Below are positions 9,235-17,688 of a stretch of DNA of 32,000 bases, piece by piece. The stretch lies in the IMG/VR virus record IMGVR_UViG_3300045988_166581, positions 178,976 to 210,975 of that record; one strand, 5' to 3'. Position numbers and translations under genes: made by a program. Under the pieces are notes generated by a model. The model saw nothing but the letters and a program-made list of their open reading frames with translations, did no database searches and was not told the origin of the DNA. This DNA is from a virus. How positions within the stretch are numbered: the first letter of the stretch is position 1; each line of letters starts with the position of its first letter.

Positions 9235-9909
9235 ATGGATTATATAATTGGCAACGGAACACAATACTTAAATTGCGACAGTAACGGTAGATATCAGCTT
9301 TGTGGCAAGGGAATGGCAAAAATATTTACTGAAAAGGCAGCTAATGGATTTATAAAGCATACACCAAAGCAATTTAGAAAATATCATATGAAAATGTTTC
9401 CAGTGTGTGAAAAGTCTGAGTATGAGATTAAACAAGAGCAGATTTTGATGAAAGCAGAGAAACATGCTAAGAAAGCAGGTTATATTGTAAATGGAAATGA
9501 AAAAAAAGTAAAACAATCAAAAAAATACGATCCTGATGTATGGATAAAAAAATTAAAAAATTGTAATGGTATAAAAACTGAAGCCCAAGAAAGACTTGCT
9601 TATTTATATAAAAAATTAAGCATTATAGACCAGGCGCAAAATGTAATGTTACATATAATTGAAAACAATAATCACCCAAGTGCATTTCAAGGATATGATG
9701 AAAGAATGGATATTTTAAAAATTCGAGATAAAAGGAGAGATGTGAAAAATGAACTAGAGGTTGTATTGGCTATAGTTCACAGTGATGTGTCTTCAAAGTT
9801 ATGTAACCAAGTAGAAAATATGACAGAAGGGTTAATCAATCCAAAGAATATTGATAAAAAATATTCTAAAGAAGTATTAGATGAACTTATAAAGGAATTT
9901 GATAAATAG
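9235..9909 (+). CDS. Hypothetical protein
   Basis: 224 aa ORF. Confidence 0.7.
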   Translation: MDYIIGNGTQYLNCDSNGRYQLCGKGMAKIFTEKAANGFIKHTPKQFRKYHMKMFPVCEKSEYEIKQEQILMKAEKHAKKAGYIVNGNEKKVKQSKKYDPDVWIKKLKNCNGIKTEAQERLAYLYKKLSIIDQAQNVMLHIIENNNHPSAFQGYDERMDILKIRDKRRDVKNELEVVLAIVHSDVSSKLCNQVENMTEGLINPKNIDKKYSKEVLDELIKEFDK

Positions 9910-9920
9910 GAGTAAATTGT

Positions 9921-11048
9921 ATGAAAGCATTCAGAGAAGGCAGACGAAATTTTAAACCTGATGAAATCGTATATGTAATTGATGATAGTTTAGATTGTCA
10001 ATGCGATATTAGCGATATTGGCGATATTATTCTGTATGGTAAAGTATCAAGCTATTGTGGATATGGAGAATACTATATTGATTTATATACCCCAATTGAA
10101 AGTATATTTACAGATTATCTTATTACATTTTTAGATGATGACAGTATAAGAAAAGCTTTTAGAGAAGGATTCTTAATACCACGTTCATCAATTAAAGATT
10201 GGAAAAAATTACATCCTAATATGCCTACAGGCATACATGTACATAAAGATAAAATATTTTATACAAGTAATGAAGCTTTGGATGAAATTAACAGACAAAA
10301 GAAAATAGCTGAAAAAATAAAAGAACGTCACAGCCACATGACTGAAGAAGAAATTTGTATGGAAGAAGATACTGATTATCTGAAAAGACGTGGTCTATCT
10401 AAAAGCGAAATTAAAAAATATGTTTCATTAGTAAAAACTGCAGACTATCTTCCAGAGATTTATGATCTTTTAATAAGGGTACATGGAGATGAAGTCCAAT
10501 GGAAAGATGAATCTGGATGGAAAACTCTTATGGAATTGAATAGACCTAAAAAAGTAGAAGAGGTTCATACAGAAAAATATTATATAAATGTATACCATAT
10601 TTGTGACGCAGATAAAAAACCTATTCTAATAGGGTATACGAATTTGTCACCGGAATCTATATTTGAGATGTATGGTGATCCTAGAGAATATGTAATGAAT
10701 ATTGCAAATAAGCAATGGAAAATTGAAGACGCATTGACCACTCCAATTAGATATAAAAATGAAATAACAAGAAATGAAAATGGAGAATTTGTTCCGTTAT
10801 TTGTTACTCAGTATCAAATAGAAAAAGGAACATTTGAAATTGCGAATGGAAAACTTAGAAATTTTGATATAAGTATTGATTCAAAACATTCTATAAATCA
10901 ATTTTGGATTTCAGTATTATCCAATACATCATTAAATGACCAAGAGATTCGTGAATGGTTTTCAAAAAAGATTAAAAATATGGTTGGTGATTTTTTTGAA
11001 TTATTTCAAGAAGAAATTGAGAAGTTAGAAATAAGAAAAGATTTTTGA
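9921..11048 (+). CDS. Hypothetical protein
   Basis: 375 aa ORF. Confidence 0.75.
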   Translation: MKAFREGRRNFKPDEIVYVIDDSLDCQCDISDIGDIILYGKVSSYCGYGEYYIDLYTPIESIFTDYLITFLDDDSIRKAFREGFLIPRSSIKDWKKLHPNMPTGIHVHKDKIFYTSNEALDEINRQKKIAEKIKERHSHMTEEEICMEEDTDYLKRRGLSKSEIKKYVSLVKTADYLPEIYDLLIRVHGDEVQWKDESGWKTLMELNRPKKVEEVHTEKYYINVYHICDADKKPILIGYTNLSPESIFEMYGDPREYVMNIANKQWKIEDALTTPIRYKNEITRNENGEFVPLFVTQYQIEKGTFEIANGKLRNFDISIDSKHSINQFWISVLSNTSLNDQEIREWFSKKIKNMVGDFFELFQEEIEKLEIRKDF

Positions 11049-11069
11049 AAGGTTAAATAAGGTGAAATT

Positions 11070-11366
11070 ATGTTTATTAGAACACAGGATGGAGATAAAA
11101 TTATCAATCTAAATAACGTAACAAATGTTCATTTTGGAAGAATAATTGATAACGGAAAACAGAAATATATATTGTACTTTGATAATTTTTCTGTGGGTGT
11201 ATTCAAAAAACAGGAAGATGTTGAAAAAGTTCTAATGATGCTTGAAAGAAAAATTGGTGAAAGCTGCAAAGCACAAATTGTAGATGGTAATGGAGATGAA
11301 CCACCTAAGATTATTTACTATGTAGATAGAATATTCAAGATTCCAGGAGAGGATGAATTGGTATGA
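11070..11366 (+). CDS. Hypothetical protein
   Basis: 98 aa ORF. Confidence 0.65.
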   Translation: MFIRTQDGDKIINLNNVTNVHFGRIIDNGKQKYILYFDNFSVGVFKKQEDVEKVLMMLERKIGESCKAQIVDGNGDEPPKIIYYVDRIFKIPGEDELV

Positions 11367-11665
11367 AGAAACAATTATCTGCAAAAGACAAAGCATTTGA
11401 AAAAGAAAGAGCTGAGTTCAGAAAGCAAATCAGAGAATTAAACCATGAACTGAATTCAGTAAAAATTGAATTATACGACAAAATACATAGTATGCAAAGG
11501 AAACTTGATTCTAAAAATAATAAGATAAAAAATATGCAGATGGTAATTGATGAGTTGAAAAGATGTGCAAAATTATCTGATGATGAATTGAAAACTTTAT
11601 TAGAAGCAAGAGAATTTGATAAAAAGATATATGGTTTTTTTCTAAAATATTTAAAGAAGGTTTGA
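11363..11665 (+). CDS. Coiled-coil hypothetical protein
   Basis: 100 aa, K/E-rich heptad-like sequence. Confidence 0.6.
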   Translation: MKKQLSAKDKAFEKERAEFRKQIRELNHELNSVKIELYDKIHSMQRKLDSKNNKIKNMQMVIDELKRCAKLSDDELKTLLEAREFDKKIYGFFLKYLKKV

Positions 11666-11701
11666 TATGAGAAAGAATAGAGCAATCGTGTACATAATGA
11701 T

Positions 11702-11980
11702 ATGGATCTGTTGCAGTATTGTTACCGCAATATCTGTAGCAGCTACAAAGCAATATTGTTGTTTGACTACGATGGTAGTGCCGTTGGCATTTATATTAAT
11801 GGATTATATGTTTTTTGGAGGTGGAAAATGAGATCTATAGCATGTGCAATTATTAGTTTTGTTATTTTCTATATGGAAAATAATGTAAAAAGTACAGAAA
11901 TAAAACTTAGGGCGATTTATTTAATTGCATCTCATATATTTTTGATTGCTGCAATTATCTTAATGATGTTGGGAAGGTAG
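11702..11980 (+). CDS. Small membrane protein
   Basis: 92 aa ORF with hydrophobic stretches; ATG start may be internal. Confidence 0.5.
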   Translation: MDLLQYCYRNICSSYKAILLFDYDGSAVGIYINGLYVFWRWKMRSIACAIISFVIFYMENNVKSTEIKLRAIYLIASHIFLIAAIILMMLGR

Positions 11981-12214
11981 AAAAGATGAGATTGATTAGT
12001 TCTAAGGAAATTTGGTACGAAGAAGAATGTGTTGAATACAATAACGAAGAAGAGTATAAAGAAGATCTTAATAAAAGAAAACAAGATCGTTGGAAGCAGA
12101 TGAAAATACCTGATTTTGAGAATGGAAAGATGAAACTACTTCAAAAAAAGACAAACAAAGGATTTTGTCAATTTTATAGAAAATATCATAGAATGTAGAT
12201 CGGAGATAGATTGG

Positions 12215-12547
12215 ATGATTAGTTCGGTAAATATATGTATATCGTGTGGAAAAGAGATGCCAGCATTTTACAAAGGTTGCTCGAAAACTTATGATCCGAA
12301 GTTCCATAAAAATATTTATGTTTGTAGTAATAAGTGTAAAGAAAAATGGGAAAACCAATATTTTGTAGAAAAATATAAAGGAAATAATATTTACTGTATT
12401 GATGGTAAATATGTTCCATATTTAGATTGCTCATACTATTTCACTACATTAGAAGATTGTAAAAAGAGAATTGATAAACCACATATAGCTTATGTATCAA
12501 GAGAAGCATGGAGAACATTTATAAGAGAGGAGTTTGGTAGCGATTGA
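12215..12547 (+). CDS. Zinc-finger-containing hypothetical protein
   Basis: CISCGKEMPAFYKGCSKTYDPKFHKNIYVCSNKCKEKWE Cys pairs. Confidence 0.6.
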   Translation: MISSVNICISCGKEMPAFYKGCSKTYDPKFHKNIYVCSNKCKEKWENQYFVEKYKGNNIYCIDGKYVPYLDCSYYFTTLEDCKKRIDKPHIAYVSREAWRTFIREEFGSD

Positions 12548-13110
12548 GAGATCCAAAGAGAATTGATAAATTTTGTGATGAAATTAAAAGAATATGGAAA
12601 GACAATGTTCCAGATTGGAGATTTGGGCAGCTGATAAGTAATTTTGAATACTGGCTTAAAGGTAAGGGAATTGATATGTTCTTTCCGGAAGAAAAAGAAA
12701 TGCTTAGATTATTTAAAGAATTTCTTGGCGTAAATGATACAGGAAATGAAAAAAAGATATGGGACGAAATGATGTTTTGTTCGCCACTTGATTTCAAAGA
12801 TCTTGATGGAAATAAATATGACCAATGGCCAGAGGGTGTCATTTATACTCCTGGAATAAAATTAACTGGAATATTAAAAAAGAAAGCGAGAACAAATTAT
12901 TGTGGAGTGACTACAAAAGATGCAAAAAAGATAATTGACAATATATCTGATAAGCGAAAACAAAATGTAAAAGTTGTTATTGGAAATAGAGCAGAAGTCT
13001 GTGATGCAATTTTATATATTATCAAATCTAATTACGGATTAATTGTATCTGTCGATGATGCTGAAGAAATTAAATTCTGTGAAGAACTTTTTGAAAAGGC
13101 AACAACTTAA
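12544..13110 (+). CDS. Hypothetical protein
   Basis: 188 aa ORF. Confidence 0.65.
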   Translation: MRDPKRIDKFCDEIKRIWKDNVPDWRFGQLISNFEYWLKGKGIDMFFPEEKEMLRLFKEFLGVNDTGNEKKIWDEMMFCSPLDFKDLDGNKYDQWPEGVIYTPGIKLTGILKKKARTNYCGVTTKDAKKIIDNISDKRKQNVKVVIGNRAEVCDAILYIIKSNYGLIVSVDDAEEIKFCEELFEKATT

Positions 13111-13157
13111 AATTGGAGTTTTATTGGAAAAGAAATTTATAAAAGGAGAATAGAAAA

Positions 13158-13325
13158 ATGAGTAATTTAATTATTAGAGAACATGATTGTAAAAGATGTA
13201 AAAAAGATAATGGTTGTGAGTATAAGAAATATCAGAATAAATTTGAAAGCAATATAGAAGAACAGTTTAAAGATAAAGATACAGCAATATTTAAAATAAG
13301 CTGTAAGTTTTATAAAGAAGCATAA
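13158..13325 (+). CDS. Small Cys-containing protein (55 aa)
   Basis: ATG after AAAGGAG; MSNLIIREHDCKRCKKDNGCEYKKYQNKFESNIEEQ... Confidence 0.5.
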   Translation: MSNLIIREHDCKRCKKDNGCEYKKYQNKFESNIEEQFKDKDTAIFKISCKFYKEA

Positions 13326-13419
13326 GTTGAATTTCTGGAACAAGCGATAATAAAAGATAAAAATAATGAATGTGAGGTGATGATATATATGATTGATTGA
13401 GATTTAAATAAAAATGTTG

Positions 13420-13653
13420 TTTATTACAAAATGTAAATTAATAGGTATACAAAACGATAGAATTACAAAAGAGTATTTTATTGATGTTTTGTAACCATGT
13501 AAATTAAGAGGTATACAAAACTTTGAAAGCTTACTATCAACCTTTGCCATTGTTTTGTAACCATGTAAATTAAGAGGTATACAAAACGCACAAGGTAATC
13601 ATATGGGATACCGTATAGTTTTGTAACCATGTAAATTAAGAGGTATACAAAAC
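13420..13653 (+). CRISPR. Mini CRISPR-like array, 4 repeats (first degenerate) and 3 spacers of exactly 30 bp
   Basis: Repeat GTTTTGTAACCATGTAAATTAAGAGGTATACAAAAC (36 bp) identical at 13486-13521, 13552-13587 and 13618-13653; degenerate copy 13420-13455 (8 mismatches, only one in the last 25 nt). Spacers 13456-13485, 13522-13551, 13588-13617 are unrelated to one another. Confidence 0.95.
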
Positions 13654-13840
13654 CTCAAAGTATAGTTTTATACCTCTTATTTTAAGGCACTTCTATGAAA
13701 TAGACTAAGAGAAATCTACGTTATAAAAAGATAATATGTTATGGTGTCGCTCTAGCTGTAATTATATCGTTTGTACCTAAACATACACTGTGCTGAACAT
13801 GATTGGTGTAAGTGATACAAACATGTAACTTTTTATAACA
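13654..13840 (+). ncRNA. Candidate omegaRNA / tracrRNA-like scaffold for the IscB-like nuclease
   Basis: Anti-repeat GTTTTATACCTCTTATTTTA (13665-13684) pairs with repeat 4 (13632-13653): 19 bp with a 2-nt bulge and one mismatch, 11-nt loop. Then nested stems: 13720-13730/13829-13839 (GTTATAAAAAG/CTTTTTATAAC, 11 bp perfect), 13769-13775/13816-13822 (GTTTGTA/TACAAAC), 13784-13789/13805-13810 (TACACT/GGTGTA). Sits just upstream of the nuclease ORF. Confidence 0.8.
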
Positions 13841-13897
13841 TTGTCGAAGAGCATGACCAATTTTAAATTGAGATTATATTATAAAGGAAATAAAAAT

Positions 13898-15637
13898 ATG
13901 AATTATATGGATTTTGTATTAATTGTGGATAAAAATAATAAACCATGCATACCAATAAAAAATGGTAAAGCAGGTTATTTATTAAGAGAACATAAAGCAG
14001 AAATTATAAATCACGAGCCATTAGTTATCAAAAGAACTGATGATTATAATTCGGATTTAGAAAATAGAGATATATTTGAATTAAAAGTAGATAGTGGATA
14101 TTTAAATATCGGATTTTCCGTAAGCGATAATGATCATGAATATATTGCAGGTCAAGTTAAAATGTTAAACGGAATGAGTAACAGATTACTAGAAAGAAAA
14201 TCAATGCGTAGTTCCAGAAGAAATCGTTTACGTTATAGAAAAAATAAGAACATTGATTATAAAACAGTACATAATCCTACTTATAAAAATGGAAATGAAG
14301 ATGGATGGTTTGCACCGTCTATTGTACATAAAATGGAAACGCATATCAGAATCATTGAGCAATTAAAACAATGGGTTCCAATCGATAAAGTTATTGTAGA
14401 GGTGGCAAATTTTGACATTGCTGCAATGGATGCATATTTAAAGGACGGAACTATTTTAAATGGAAAAGATTATCAAAATGGTGAAATGAAAGGATATGAG
14501 AATGTTGTATCTTATGTAAGAGCCAGAGATAATTATTCTTGTTACTTTTGCAATAAGAAAAAGAAAAAAGATGGTACACTAAAAGAGAAACCAAAAAGAA
14601 TAGAAGTGCACCATAAAATACCAAGATCCTGGGGTGGTACTAATAATCCAGGAAATTTAATTTGCGTATGTCAAGGATGTCATCAGAAAATACATTCGAA
14701 TAATAATAACAACAAATATTTTAAAGAATTATTAGAACAAGCTTTACAAGAAAATACATTTAAAGATTCTACATATATGAATATTGTTAGATGGGAATTA
14801 TTAAACAGACTTACTGAAAAATATCCAGAGCTTGATATTGAAGCTGAATATGGTTATAACACAAAAATTAATAGAAAAGAAGCAGGTTTGAGAAAATTTC
14901 ATTATAATGATGCAGTTTGTGTAAAAGAATTTAAGAATACAACTTTATCTAAAAAAGTATTTATTGTCGAACAAAAACGTTGTAATGATAGAAAAATGGA
15001 AAATTTTGCAGATGCTAAATATATAGATTCAAGAGATGGTAAAAAGAAAAGTGGAAATGATTTAAAAGTAATTAGGCATAGTACTAAATCAAAACGTTCT
15101 ACAAACAAAGAACATATTGATAATGAAAGAGTCTTTAGAAAAGAGAAAGTATCTAAAGGTAAAATACAATTTGAGTGTCATTCATATTGCGTAAAACCAG
15201 GAGATTTAATATACATAAAAGAAGGTAAACATAAAGGGAAAATTGCAGAAGTTTCTACAATACAGATTGTAGGCGGAAAAATTCCTAATCCGATAATTGA
15301 TATTAATGAGATAAATAATAAAAAAATTGATTTCAACAGAGAGTTGAAAAAAAGAAAAACAATTTCTAATATGACTGATTATCAAAAGAGTTTTGCAAAA
15401 TATCAAATTAGATTTACATATAAAGAATCTGATGCAGATGGACCATCTATAACGCTTACGCAAAAAGAATATGAAAAGCTTAAAGAAAATAAATCAGATA
15501 GAGTAAAAATTATTCGTACCAGACGTGGATTAGTTTGGAGAGAGTACGACAGACTTACATATGAAGCTGAAAATATGGATCAGGAAGAAAAGAAGTTAGA
15601 AGTAAAAAATAAGAAACAAGAATTAAAAGCTGCATAA
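13898..15637 (+). CDS. iscB: IscB-like RNA-guided nuclease (RRXRR/PLMP-like N-terminus, split RuvC, bridge helix, HNH)
   Basis: 579 aa from ATG 13898 (RBS AAAGGA). N-term FVLIVDKNNKPCIPIKNGKAGYLLREHKAEIINHEPLVIKRT; RuvC-I FELKVDSGYLNIGFSV; Arg-rich helix RKSMRSSRRNRLRYRKNK; WFAPSIVHKMETHIRIIEQLKQWVPIDKVIVEVANFDIAAM (RuvC-II); HNH YSCYFC...IEVHHKIPRSWGGTNNPGNLICVCQGCHQ; RuvC-III-like LRKFHYNDAVCV. No REC-lobe-sized insertion. Confidence 0.9.
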   Translation: MNYMDFVLIVDKNNKPCIPIKNGKAGYLLREHKAEIINHEPLVIKRTDDYNSDLENRDIFELKVDSGYLNIGFSVSDNDHEYIAGQVKMLNGMSNRLLERKSMRSSRRNRLRYRKNKNIDYKTVHNPTYKNGNEDGWFAPSIVHKMETHIRIIEQLKQWVPIDKVIVEVANFDIAAMDAYLKDGTILNGKDYQNGEMKGYENVVSYVRARDNYSCYFCNKKKKKDGTLKEKPKRIEVHHKIPRSWGGTNNPGNLICVCQGCHQKIHSNNNNNKYFKELLEQALQENTFKDSTYMNIVRWELLNRLTEKYPELDIEAEYGYNTKINRKEAGLRKFHYNDAVCVKEFKNTTLSKKVFIVEQKRCNDRKMENFADAKYIDSRDGKKKSGNDLKVIRHSTKSKRSTNKEHIDNERVFRKEKVSKGKIQFECHSYCVKPGDLIYIKEGKHKGKIAEVSTIQIVGGKIPNPIIDINEINNKKIDFNRELKKRKTISNMTDYQKSFAKYQIRFTYKESDADGPSITLTQKEYEKLKENKSDRVKIIRTRRGLVWREYDRLTYEAENMDQEEKKLEVKNKKQELKAA

Positions 15638-15645
15638 AAAAGGAG

Positions 15646-15780
15646 ATGATCATTATAGACTCAGAAGAGAAAAATACTCAACAGTCCATTCTGCGTAAAC
15701 ACTTCGAGATGCTGTATCCAGAGAAGCTTAAGGATGATGAATGGATAAGACTGGTTGGAGTAAGGAAAGGTGTTTATTAA
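15646..15780 (+). CDS. Small hypothetical ORF (44 aa)
   Basis: MIIIDSEEKNTQQSILRKHFEMLYPEKLKDDEWIRLVGVRKGVY; overlaps the GTG alternative start of the next gene. Confidence 0.35.
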   Translation: MIIIDSEEKNTQQSILRKHFEMLYPEKLKDDEWIRLVGVRKGVY

Positions 15781-15781
15781 A

Positions 15782-17089
15782 ATGGGAAATTATGTTTATA
15801 AATATGTCTATGATAATGAAATTATTTATATTGGTAAAAATGATACTGATCTTACTTCTAGGTTAAATCGACATGGAAAACCTGGTGATAATATTCCAGA
15901 AGAAGGTTGGGATGAAATAAATAATTCAGACATTTTTTATTGTGAACTAGCTAATAGAATTATGTCAGATGTTGTAGAAAGTGAATTAATTAGAAGATAC
16001 AAGCCAAAATACAACAAAGCAAAAACTTCAGAATGGTCCGGATTAGAATTTGTGGAGCCAAAATGGGAAAAATACAACAAAGAAAAATTATCTAACAAAA
16101 GGGATACTGAATATAAGTTTTATGAAGATCAGATAGAAACAGACTATGATAGAACAATGCGAATTATAAACGGTGGAAAGGAAACATTAACAAACGAAAT
16201 TAATCTTCTTATAGACAAAATGTATAACTTAAGAAGAGAAATAAGATTTCTAAAAGATATAAAAAAAGAAAACTTTGTAATGAAAAAAATAAGAGTGGAA
16301 CGAAGATATTCCTATGAAGAAATGATTAATTTCTACCAATATTTAAATTGTGATTCAAATGTGAAATTTACATCAACTGTTCAAAATGAAAATGGAAATA
16401 CGTTATGTCATGTTGAATTTTGGTGTGAAAATAAAACAGTTAAATGTAAGTTAGAATATTATGACGAAGACAAAAAAGATTATGTAACTGATATTAAGTT
16501 GGTTTGTGAAGATGAATATATACGCGGTGTGGTTTATTTTAATGGCAGCATTCAGTCTACATATGGATTAGTCGCAGAAACAAACAATCATTATTATATA
16601 AATGATGTAATTGTATTATCTAATTATAAAAAATTAAATATAGAGAAAGAAAAATTAATAGAAGATATAAATACTGCTATTAAAATTGATTGTCATTGTG
16701 GAAGGAATATATCATATAAAGAATTTATAGAAAATATTGATTTTTATCAAAAATATTATTGGAGTTTTTCTTTTTCAATGCACAACAATCAAGTTCAGTA
16801 TGATTTTTGTTCTTATAAAGAAAGGGATGGATGGAGGTTTAATCATAATCTTATTTGTATAAAGAAAGAAAAAAATCTTTTGTGTAATGGGGAAACTATT
16901 GCGGTCGAATATGAAGAAGTAGATGTATTAGATAATTATAAAGAATTTAAATTTGACGTAACTTATAGATTAAAAAGCAATATTGAATATTATAAGAAAA
17001 ATTTAGAAGCAATAAATCATAATATAAGAAATATGGAAATTCAATATCCATCTTTATTTGTAGACAGATATGATTATAGTCCGCTATAA
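15782..17089 (+). CDS. GIY-YIG nuclease-domain protein
   Basis: N-terminal YVYKYVYDNEIIYIGKN...LTSRLNRHG...FYCELANRIMSDVVESELIRRYKPKYNKAK; long helical C-terminal part. Track start is GTG 15770. Confidence 0.8.
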   Translation: MGNYVYKYVYDNEIIYIGKNDTDLTSRLNRHGKPGDNIPEEGWDEINNSDIFYCELANRIMSDVVESELIRRYKPKYNKAKTSEWSGLEFVEPKWEKYNKEKLSNKRDTEYKFYEDQIETDYDRTMRIINGGKETLTNEINLLIDKMYNLRREIRFLKDIKKENFVMKKIRVERRYSYEEMINFYQYLNCDSNVKFTSTVQNENGNTLCHVEFWCENKTVKCKLEYYDEDKKDYVTDIKLVCEDEYIRGVVYFNGSIQSTYGLVAETNNHYYINDVIVLSNYKKLNIEKEKLIEDINTAIKIDCHCGRNISYKEFIENIDFYQKYYWSFSFSMHNNQVQYDFCSYKERDGWRFNHNLICIKKEKNLLCNGETIAVEYEEVDVLDNYKEFKFDVTYRLKSNIEYYKKNLEAINHNIRNMEIQYPSLFVDRYDYSPL

Positions 17090-17187
17090 AACAACAGTTT
17101 TATGGGGAAAATGACCCTCGTGAATCCCTTATTTTTAAAGGGATTGCGAAAATGGAATTTTGAGAAAATTCATAAAAAGGAGAAAAA

Positions 17188-17688
17188 ATGTTACTTGCTA
17201 TTATATTAACAATTATTTTTACAGTATCATTTAGGTTTTGCTTAAATGAAACAGAAATATCAGATCGAATTGTAGTATTTAGCTTTAGCTATTTTGTATT
17301 ATTTATTATAGGTATTTCTATTTTTATGATTATAGGAAATTCTGTCTTTTCTGGAACTGCTAATCAAGAAATGATTACAAAAGAAGAATCTATTGTGTCG
17401 TTTATAGACAATAAGGATAATCCAGTTTACGTTAAATATTCATTTAAGTGGAATGGTGGAAGTACATATAGATATGTAGAACAGAACGGAAAATATCTTG
17501 AGTATAAAGAAATCCCAATTAGTGCAGACGTAAATATAGTAGAAGGAAATTATGAACCGGTGTTAATTACTCATAGTTATAAAGCAAATAAAAATTGTGA
17601 TCTATTATTTGGTCAAACTGCAAATAAGTTTACACATGATACTTGGTATGAATTTTATATACCGGAGGGGACTTTTATTACATATTAA
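17188..17688 (+). CDS. Membrane protein, hypothetical
   Basis: Two N-terminal hydrophobic segments (LLAIILTIIFTVSFRF; VVFSFSYFVLFIIGISIFMIIG). Confidence 0.65.
   Translation: MLLAIILTIIFTVSFRFCLNETEISDRIVVFSFSYFVLFIIGISIFMIIGNSVFSGTANQEMITKEESIVSFIDNKDNPVYVKYSFKWNGGSTYRYVEQNGKYLEYKEIPISADVNIVEGNYEPVLITHSYKANKNCDLLFGQTANKFTHDTWYEFYIPEGTFITY

Noticed and set aside
13841-13897. Track start (TTG 13841) of the IscB-like ORF
   Set aside because: It overlaps the 3' strand of the 11-bp scaffold stem and lacks an RBS. ATG 13898 has AAAGGA at proper spacing, and the IscB-like N-terminal motif begins right after it.
13420-15637. Canonical type II CRISPR-Cas9 locus
   Set aside because: The protein is ~579 aa with no REC-lobe-sized insertion, and no cas1, cas2 or csn2 is nearby. 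IscB architecture fits better.
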